Assembly: GCF_000143415.4 (NCBI RefSeq) | Contig: NW_003314337.1 | Coordinates: forward strand, 332,430-338,189 | DNA from: Selaginella moellendorffii | Lineage: Eukaryota; Plantae; Lycopodiophyta | DNA length: 5,760 nt | Direction: 5' to 3' | In this document: positions 1 through 5,760 of the stretch, piece by piece | Layout: every line of letters starts with the position of its first letter | How positions within the stretch are numbered: the first letter of the stretch is position 1 | The notes under the pieces: generated by a model | The model's database searches: none | Told to the model about the DNA's origin: nothing | Seen by the model: the letters and a program-made list of their open reading frames with translations, nothing else | Translations under genes and position numbers: made by a program

Positions 1-17
1 AACTAGGAACTAACTCG

Positions 18-90
<73 letters not shown>
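18..90. repeat. Compound microsatellite (CT)10 followed by ~(TG)27
   Basis: Directly visible: CT repeats 18-37, TG repeats 37-90. Confidence 0.98.
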
Positions 91-93
<3 letters not shown>

Positions 94-97
94 CTCT

Positions 98-795
98 ATG
101 AGTGTTTTGATGGAACGATTTAGAAGGCTAGAGTCAGCTGTACATGATGCCACTGGTTGGTTCATTCTCGAGTTCAAAAGCTCACGCACCTGGAAAATGA
201 CAATCATTTATCCAACGCGAAGCGTTCTTCAACAGGAGAATTATCCAGTTCATGAAGAAACGAGTCGCACTTATGGAAAAAGTACTAACGCAGAATATCA
301 TCTGGTAAAAGAGTCTCGACCCCCTATTGTCGTCCCTACAATTCTAACTTGAGATGTTCCAGGATGACCAAGATATTACGGCCAATCACAGCAACGGTGG
401 CATCGAGCCTGGCGAGGGACCAAAAACCTCCTACCAAAAGCCGCAACCTGCATTTGTTCCTTATCCAACACCTTTGAGTGAGTTCCTTCGATTTAGACAC
501 TAGAAAAAACTCTAATGCGTTTGTTTTTGGACAGCTCCGGAAGAAGTCCTGGGAACAGCACTGGATAACGATCCTAAGCGGCTGAAAGCTCCAGCCTATT
601 ACAACGAGGTTGTGTTTGTTTCTCCATTTGCAAAGGTTTGAGAGGCTCACGGCTTTCTCTGTGTCGCCATAGTTGTGCTCGATGATCAGTGAGAACAGGA
701 TCGACGCCTTCCAGACTTATGCGGGGAACAAATCCACCAGCATCCGCCTGCGCAGGTGCATTTGGCAGATCGATGTGCTCTGCTCGGAAATGTGA
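98..795 (+). CDS. Putative 4-exon gene, ~172 aa hypothetical protein (exons 98-304, 363-477, 535-608, 673-795)
   Basis: Three similar-sized GT-AG introns (305-362, 58 nt; 478-534, 57 nt, GTGAGT donor; 609-672, 64 nt) with branch-point-like CTAAC/CTAAT/CTCAC motifs. Removing them gives an uninterrupted frame MSVLMERF...AEYHL|DDQDITANHSNGG...PYPTPL|TPEEVLGTALDNDPKRLKAPAYYNE|LCSMISENRIDAFQ...CSEM*. No family recognised; both ends uncertain (an extra intron ~156-235 is possible). Confidence 0.5.
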
Positions 796-888
796 TGAGG
801 ATTGGGAGTGAAAGGCGAAGAGGCTATGATGGATGGAGCTACGACAGGGACGACGTCTCGGACAATGAGGGGATTCACGTTGTCATCA

Positions 889-1080
889 ACGACTAGAATC
901 AAGGTTCTTCACTCTCTTGCTTGTCGCTATTCTTCTTTCGGGTCTCTCAAGTCCCTGTTTGTTCCAGGTTCTCAAGGCTGGAACCACGACTAGAATCAAG
1001 GTTTTTCACTCTCTTGCTCTTCGCTATTCTCTTTCGAGGCTTAAAGTTCCTGTTTGTTCCAGGTCCTTGAGGCTGGAACC
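889..1080 (+). repeat. Imperfect tandem duplication, two copies (889-985, 97 bp; 986-1080, 95 bp)
   Basis: Both copies start ACGACTAGAATCAAGGTT and end CCTGTTTGTTCCAGGT...AGGCTGGAACC. Confidence 0.95.
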
Positions 1081-1222
1081 AAGAGAAAAAATAGAAATTT
1101 TTGTCCACGGTTTGCTTCCTTGTTCTTCAGTTTTGCGTTTTTAAAGCATTGAGAGGGATTTCTATTTTGCAGCGCTATAAACCCTGTAGTCTCTACATGG
1201 ATAGTCATACGGGACAGCCATA

Positions 1223-1264
1223 CATGGTGCTCTTCAGTTTATGACAAGTTCTCTTGAGGAAATG
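1223..1264 (+). pseudogene. Possible tiny remnant of a mitochondrial-carrier (SLC25/folate-carrier-like) gene
   Basis: Translates HGALQFMTSSLEEM, resembling the folate/FAD carrier motif HGALQFMAYEE; short match in a frame with stops upstream. Confidence 0.2.
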
Positions 1265-1421
1265 TTGGCAGTCAAGCACAAAAAAACTGGCTTGAAGGAC
1301 ATGATGGAATACTCTCTTATAACAGTTATGGCTGTTCATATCTGAGGGTTTCATGTCTAACTCTCTCTCGTGTCACTTTGCAGCATTAGGAACGAAACAA
1401 GGAGAGCGAGCTCCTTGATTC

Positions 1422-2000
1422 TTCACTGTTGATAAGTTTCTTTCTCGCATTTTTTGCAGTTGTCACTGTTTCTGAGTCTCCACAATGAATGCTTTGGAAA
1501 TGGGTATGTATGTGATTTACAGTCTTTGCAACGTAAGTTGAATGTGTTTGCAAAAGAACAGGTCATGAGTACTGGGAAGATGAAGGCATTGAAGAAAAAA
1601 AGCCAGCATGCAGGCAAATGATGAACAAACATATTTCACCCATATGATCCTGTCACTTACAGGTATCAATATACTGCTGTGTTAGCAGTGTTTACATTTA
1701 TCCTTTCGTCTTAATTACAGAGTGGAACCTCTGATATCTATTCCTTTTGGAGAAAGTCAGTGAATATCTTGGGATACAGGTAAACATAGTGCTTTGTAAG
1801 TTTTGCTATCAAAGCTAGAGGAAGTTCTTCGGTTGGGGTATGGTTTTGTCACAGCTTTTTACGGTAGTATGGTGACAGAAAGGCTATCTAGAAGTCCCAA
1901 TGGTAGAGTCGACTTAATGCTACAGGTAAGTCTTGCTCTTTGCTATCACGTCATTCTCATGTGGATCCAGGATACAAAATTTAAGCTCCACTACATATCG
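1422..2000 (+). pseudogene. SGR2: Decayed C-terminal fragment of DDHD-domain phospholipase A1 (SHOOT GRAVITROPISM 2-like), introns retained
   Basis: Colinear motifs: FTVD...FFAV (1422-1461), LFLSLHNECFGNG|TGHEYWEDEGIEEKKPACRQMMN (intron 1504-1556), frameshift from an AACA duplication at 1624-1631, IFHPYDPVTYR|VEPLI (intron 1663-1720), YLGIQ| (donor 1780), YGSMVTERLSRSPNGRVDLMLQ|DTKFKLHYIS (intron 1926-1970). These match the SGR2 family pattern as I recall it: VDTFFAVGSPLGVFLALRN...YW.EE...MPACR.MFNIFHPYDPVAYRVEPLV...YGS.M.ERL.G..DGRIDHMLQ. GSPLG is deleted and the terminal H..YW motif is absent. Confidence 0.88.
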
Positions 2001-2090
2001 CTATCTGATCAACGACAGCAGTGGCTGGAGAGAGAGAGAGGAGATTTGGAGTCTGAATCACAGCAGTAGCAGCAGCAGCATCACCAGTGA

Positions 2091-3231
2091 GGAGATCTCA
2101 AGGCCATGAGAATCCTCCACCAGTTTGGGATCAGTCACATGTACGTAGCAGCCAGGTGAGAAGGGCAGTGCGAGGGACAGGGACGAAGATCTCACGAGGG
2201 ACAGGGATGAAGATCTTACAGGGTCCGTCATCACCCGATTGATGAGGTCCTGGTTTGCTCTATCACTTTGGAGCCATCTCTGAATGGCAAGGTGAGCTTC
2301 AACGTGGTGGCAGTGATCCAGAGCAGCAGCTCTAGAAGTGGTAATGATGACCATGTGTTTCTCTACAAGGACATGGTGCTGTACAAATCCAATTACTATT
2401 AGCATCACATGTCTGAGGACAAATTAAGTGAAGTGGTGCCAGATTCAATTGTATTTGTGTTGTAATACTACATTATATATAAGGTGTCTCCTACCCTTGA
2501 CTGGCTACAAAAAATAGCAAATGTCTTTCCCTCTTTGCTCTAAGTGAGCACTCTGACCAACACACATAACAGTAACATATGTGTCGAGAAGGCCAAGTAC
2601 AAGCCCACTGCTCAGTTCAAGCTCAAAGTCACCTTGCTTCTCTACATTTATATCAACATCTCCTCTACATAATCAGGCTGTGTACTCCACATGAACCATG
2701 GAGCCTAGAGTTGGCCTGTCACAAGATGTCTCTTCTCCTCTGGTATTCCTGTTGAAGCACTAAGCAACAAGTAAGCAATACAAAGCTTACACCATATCAC
2801 TCACGGTCACTTTTGCAAAAGCTTACTTAAATTCCACGCTTGCGCAGACTCAGAATCATGTAAATATGAGCGCACACTCGCAGTTATGCTCGCTGTCCCA
2901 ATACAGAATTTTCCTCCTCTTTAGTGCTACTGATATCAGCACATGGAACTGCACACTCACTAAAGAGAATCCATTCACTGCGAAGAGGAACCCACCAAAA
3001 AAAACCCTCCCGTGCTGTTTAGAACTCTCATAGCAGGCCGGAAGATAGGGCTTCACGCATTCTTCCAGGGCTTGAGCATGGAGTTGGGACGGTAGCATTC
3101 TCTGTGGTAGTGCCATTGCTAGGGATTTCAATATAACATGTTCTTGGGGCCTAGATCGAGAAGCTTTATGGAACCACTCCACTGGAATCATCTCCACATG
3201 GTGGGGTAGCCTCGAGATTGTTATGATGATC
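2091..3231 (+). pseudogene. Degenerate ankyrin-repeat protein gene with a possible U-box/RING-like segment
   Basis: Ankyrin-like segments: GDLKAMRILHQFGISHMYVAAR*EGQ (from 2091); VTRCLFSSGIPVEALSNK*AIQSLHHITHGHFCKSLLKFHACADSESCKYERTLAVMLAV (2718-2897); LGA*IEKLYGTTPL (3143-3184) and, after a frameshift, GSLEIVMMI (3205-3231). Many stops and frameshifts. The minus-strand ORFs 2058-2408 and 2856-3293 are in exact codon register with the main + frame. Confidence 0.6.
2171..2218 (+). repeat. 24-bp tandem duplication CGAGGGACAGGGAYGAAGATCTYA x2
   Basis: Copies at 2171-2194 and 2195-2218 differ by two C/T transitions. Confidence 0.93.
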
Positions 3232-3374
3232 CCTATTTGTCTCTGTCTTTCCTTCACATGATGTGGTGGAGAACACAAGGACAACAACAACATTGGCTTC
3301 GCATAATGAGCCTCTGGGAAAGTCCTACAAACAGTTCCATACGGTTCTCAACTATTTGTGGCGTATGGATCACA

Positions 3375-3773
3375 GATTTGGTGACTCTTGTACTCAGCGT
3401 GCTGCCTAACTCTTCACTTATTTCCTCTGGGAATGATCAGAAAGTAATAACTTGAACAATGTTTTCTCTGCTTCTAAATTTCCAGGCACTTCCACTCTTG
3501 TATGACCCTGATGATAATGAGAATGTGGATAATGTGGACTTATCACACGAGCACGTACTGTGGGAGACTTTCTCAAGAGAACTAAACTAATACAAGATGC
3601 AGATAGGTTCATCAAGAGAATGTCATTCACTTCTTAGTGACTGCTTAGTGCCTGTAAAGTTCACGAGGACTTGGAGAGATGATCAAAAGGTGGCGATGGA
3701 TATGCTTAAGTGTGTGAAGCGTGAGCATATGAGTTCTGTGCTTTGTAGGAGCTTCATTATTGCCGAGACTTGA
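3375..3773 (+). pseudogene. Decayed C-terminal fragment of a PLS-class (E-type) pentatricopeptide repeat gene
   Basis: DLVTLVLSVL (from 3375; cf. PD.VTF..VL), EH at ~3549, then VGDFLKRTKLIQDADRFIKRMSFTS**LLSACKVHEDLER (3560-3679), matching the last-PPR/E1 consensus VDLLGRAG.L.EA..FI..MPF.P....W..LL.AC+VHGD.E. Stops, a deletion and frameshifts are present. Confidence 0.78.
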
Positions 3774-4719
3774 ATTCAAACTATCTCTTTATTTTCTATC
3801 TAAGTCATGTGTATATGCACTGTTAGCACAACTATTATATAGAAACTGAATAAGAGTTTTGATGGATGGCTCAAAAGAAGTTAGGTTGATTCAAAAAATA
3901 CCTCTCCAAATTTTTTAAGAGATGGAGAATGATAACTCCACAATGGTGAGATGTGATGGTAAGAATTAAGGACTAATGCTTAACATAAACATGAAGTTTA
4001 CCTATGTATGTATTAAGTTTCTAAGCATAAAAAGTGGCAAGAGGAAGATGGATAAAGACAATAAATTCTACACAACCAACCATGCAAACAAACCGTCAAG
4101 TAGGCAACAATCAAAAGTAAAAGCAAAATAAGTGTTAGATAAAATGCAAAACATCATGGATGAGTTGACAAGAACTTGTCAAGTGAAATGCTGATGAAGC
4201 ACAAGCAAATGTTCTCAAAAAATCACAAATCATATCACTGATTTATTATTTCAATACTTATTTACCATACTTATTTCTGTTACTTGAGCAGTATCTAAAC
4301 TATATAACTGTGAATAAACCAATATTATGATAAACTTGTCCATGTATTTTAAAATAATAAGGGTCACCTACTGCAACCTCTTCAATGTTTGCACCTATTG
4401 ATGCAAATGCTAATGCACTATTATAATTTAGTATTAATACACATATAACTTTTTTGACTGCAGGTATTATATAAGAAAATAAATTTTAGTTACTTATAAA
4501 AATGTATAAATGCGAAGTATGAAAGTGTGGATGTACTCTGAACACTTCAACATCATAAATTATACAATCTGCTATTCTTTTCGTGAGAAACCTTTTTTAC
4601 TTGAACTCTGAAACAAACAGTGAATCTAACTGAAAGAAACACAAGGTTGTTTCTTGTATTTTTTCTCTCAACGCATTATCATGTTCTTCTCCTTCACATT
4701 TTTTTTCAATGGAAAGCAG

Positions 4720-5119
4720 ACGTTGTGATGACAAATATCTTTGGAAAATTGTTTCCAATGCAGAAGCTCTACATGCGGGACTGGCCATTTGAACTCTACA
4801 TTGATATGTGGGCTAAGATATATCTTCTTTATCTAGCCAGGCATTAGGGTAATTCAGGCCAGGGTAGTGAGCTGATTAGCTTTTTTGAAGCTTGATAGTG
4901 ATGTGGATCTGACAGAGATTCAAGATGTAATGCTGCCACAATGTGCCAACTTGCCACAGAGAAAAAAAAGTGATGGATGCTCATATCCAAGTTATTAGGG
5001 TGACACCATCCAGCCAGCACTATTGGAAGCTAGCATTAGACAATAAGAGTGAGTCACATCTATTTCTTGTTGATCATGTAGATGGAATAGGAAATCTATT
5101 TGTATTCCACACTTTATGA
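4720..5119 (+). pseudogene. Decayed Helitron Rep/Hel fragment (Rep-helicase linker and start of PIF1 helicase domain)
   Basis: ALDNKSESHLFLVDHVDGIGNLFVFHTL* (~5033-5119) aligns by eye with PIF1/Helitron motif I LFFVDGPGGTGKTFLY.TL, with Walker A destroyed. Upstream CDDKYLWKIVSNAEALHAGLAI...VG*DISSL and LKLDSDVDLTEIQ...CANL resemble the linker preceding the helicase (DD.L...EA.N.AL...GKSL; EEL.YD...LN.EQ). Confidence 0.55.
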
Positions 5120-5436
5120 CAATGCATGCATGGGCTTCTGGTTACACAAATTATACTATAAATTATGATTTAAGATATTAATAACTTATTCTATAATATT
5201 TTAATATCATAAAAATCATGATACTAAAAAAACAAAAAATTATATATACATTATAATATAGCATGTTATAATATAACAATAATTTATATATTAAGCATAA
5301 ATTATGTAAAAGGGACTTTCAATATAAATATTATATTATGTTTAATTATGTATGCTATAATAATGATTATGTTAAAAATTACAATTACAATTACAACTCT
5401 TTGAAATTACTAAAACATCAGGAATAAACATGATGC

Positions 5437-5463
5437 TCCCAGCGTAGCTGGGACTTTTGCTAG
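5437..5463 (+). other. Helitron 3' termination signal (hairpin + CTAG)
   Basis: 7-bp perfect stem with 3-nt loop, then CTTTTG-CTAG|T. Confidence 0.85.
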
Positions 5464-5494
5464 TACTCCCTTATTTAAATGTGCTATTGGCATA

Positions 5495-5603
5495 TGGCAT
5501 CTGGCGTCTTTTATTCCATTTTTAGAATATTATTTCTGAATATGCTTATAATCTAACGGTTGAAATTCAAAGCCTTCAAATAGATGGCAAAGATCAGGTG
5601 CCA
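5495..5603. repeat. Imperfect inverted repeat / foldback, possible MITE remnant
   Basis: Left arm TGGCATCTGGCGTCTTTTATTCCATTTTTAGAA versus reverse complement of right arm TGGCACCTGATCTTTGCCATCTATTTGAA, around a central AATCTAACGGTTGAAATT. Confidence 0.4.
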
Positions 5604-5690
5604 AAAGGTGGCAATGCTTCAATTTTGATTTTAATGACACTCCAACTCAAGTGAAATTTCTTAGGGCAATCAGGCAGATTGTAAGCGCTC

Positions 5691-5760
5691 TGTGTGTGTG
5701 TGTGTGTGTCAAGGATGTGTCAAGGACATGTCAAGGATGTGTCTCTCTCTCTCTCTCTCT
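5691..5760. repeat. Compound simple repeat: (TG)9, three copies of an 11-bp unit TGTCAAGGA(TG/CA), then (TC)n to the window end
   Basis: TG 5691-5709; 11-mers at 5707, 5718 and 5729; TC 5742-5760. Confidence 0.96.

Larger units (their letters stand above)
4294..5463 (+). mobile_element. Non-autonomous (internally deleted) Helitron, ~1170 bp
   Basis: 5' end TCTAAACTATATAA at 4294, preceded by A (4293). 3' perfect GC-rich hairpin TCCCAGC-GTA-GCTGGGA (5437-5453), 6-nt spacer, CTAG (5460-5463), followed by T (5464). A|T target, no TSD or TIR, AT-rich subterminal tract, internal helicase-like remnant. The 3' end is more certain than the 5' end. Confidence 0.8.

Noticed and set aside
10-207. Minus-strand ORF with HTHTHT/ERER tail, and the CVCVCV N-terminus of ORF 38-352
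   Set aside because: These are translations of the (TG)n/(CT)n microsatellite, not real metal-binding repeats.
336-902. Minus-strand ORFs 336-650 and 717-902
   Set aside because: They lie antisense to the better-supported spliced + strand model and show no recognisable motifs.
961-993. Hairpin plus CTAG as a confident Helitron 3' end
   Set aside because: CTAG is followed by A rather than T and the loop is long; kept only as a low-interest note.
889-1080. Direct repeats with internal hairpin as a CRISPR array or LTR pair
   Set aside because: Only two adjacent ~96-bp copies, no unique spacers, no TG...CA ends, PBS or PPT; eukaryotic context.
1223-1264. LQFMTSSLEEM as a Polinton/virus protein-primed PolB exonuclease motif (DSLQFM.SSL..L)
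   Set aside because: Lacks the conserved D-S residues, and no other PolB motifs are nearby.
1803-2069. 88-aa ORF as an intact gene
   Set aside because: It is read-through of SGR2-like exons, a 45-nt in-frame intron and low-complexity sequence.
2058-2408. 116-aa minus-strand ORF
   Set aside because: Antisense shadow of the + strand pseudogene frame; its tail derives from the (CAG)n patch.
2892-2945. HVLISVALKRRKILYWDS in minus ORF 2856-3293 resembling a Ulp1/C48 protease H...D motif
   Set aside because: No HW and no downstream Q..DCG motif; the ORF is in exact antisense register with the ankyrin-like + frame.
3828-3880. NKSFDGWLK resembling the MULE transposase N..ESF...LK motif
   Set aside because: Too short, interrupted, and no other transposase motifs or TIRs are seen.
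4620-4847. 75-aa ORF (and antisense 4597-4788) as a functional gene
   Set aside because: The first part is a pyrimidine-rich intron-like tract; the Helitron-like similarity is in a different, stop-containing frame.
88-5690. Terminal inverted repeats at the microsatellite boundaries (GTGCGCCTCTAT vs reverse complement GAGCGCTTACAAT)
   Set aside because: Similarity is limited to a GCGC core and cannot be distinguished from chance.

Overview
Eukaryotic nuclear DNA, most likely a land plant: predicted GT-AG introns are only about 45-64 nt (reminiscent of compact-intron plants such as Selaginella; inference) and a plant-type PPR remnant is present. The window is bounded by (CT)n/(TG)n microsatellites. 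Left to right it contains: (i) a CpG-rich, apparently open 4-exon orphan gene model (98-795), followed by a ~97-bp tandem duplication that looks like a duplicated intron plus 33-nt micro-exon; (ii) a run of decayed, unrelated gene fragments, all on the + strand: an intron-retaining C-terminal piece of a DDHD-domain phospholipase A1 (SGR2-like, ~1422-2000), an ankyrin-repeat pseudogene with a possible U-box-like module (~2091-3231) and a PLS/E-class PPR fragment (~3375-3773); (iii) a ~1.17-kb non-autonomous Helitron (4294-5463) with canonical TC and hairpin-CTAG ends, an A|T target and a decayed Rep/Hel remnant; (iv) a small foldback. Most ORFs in the supplied track are microsatellite artefacts, antisense shadows or unspliced read-through. 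All homology calls come from motif recognition by eye, not database searches. I see no intact novel multi-gene system; the most interesting signal is the co-oriented gene-fragment mosaic next to the Helitron.
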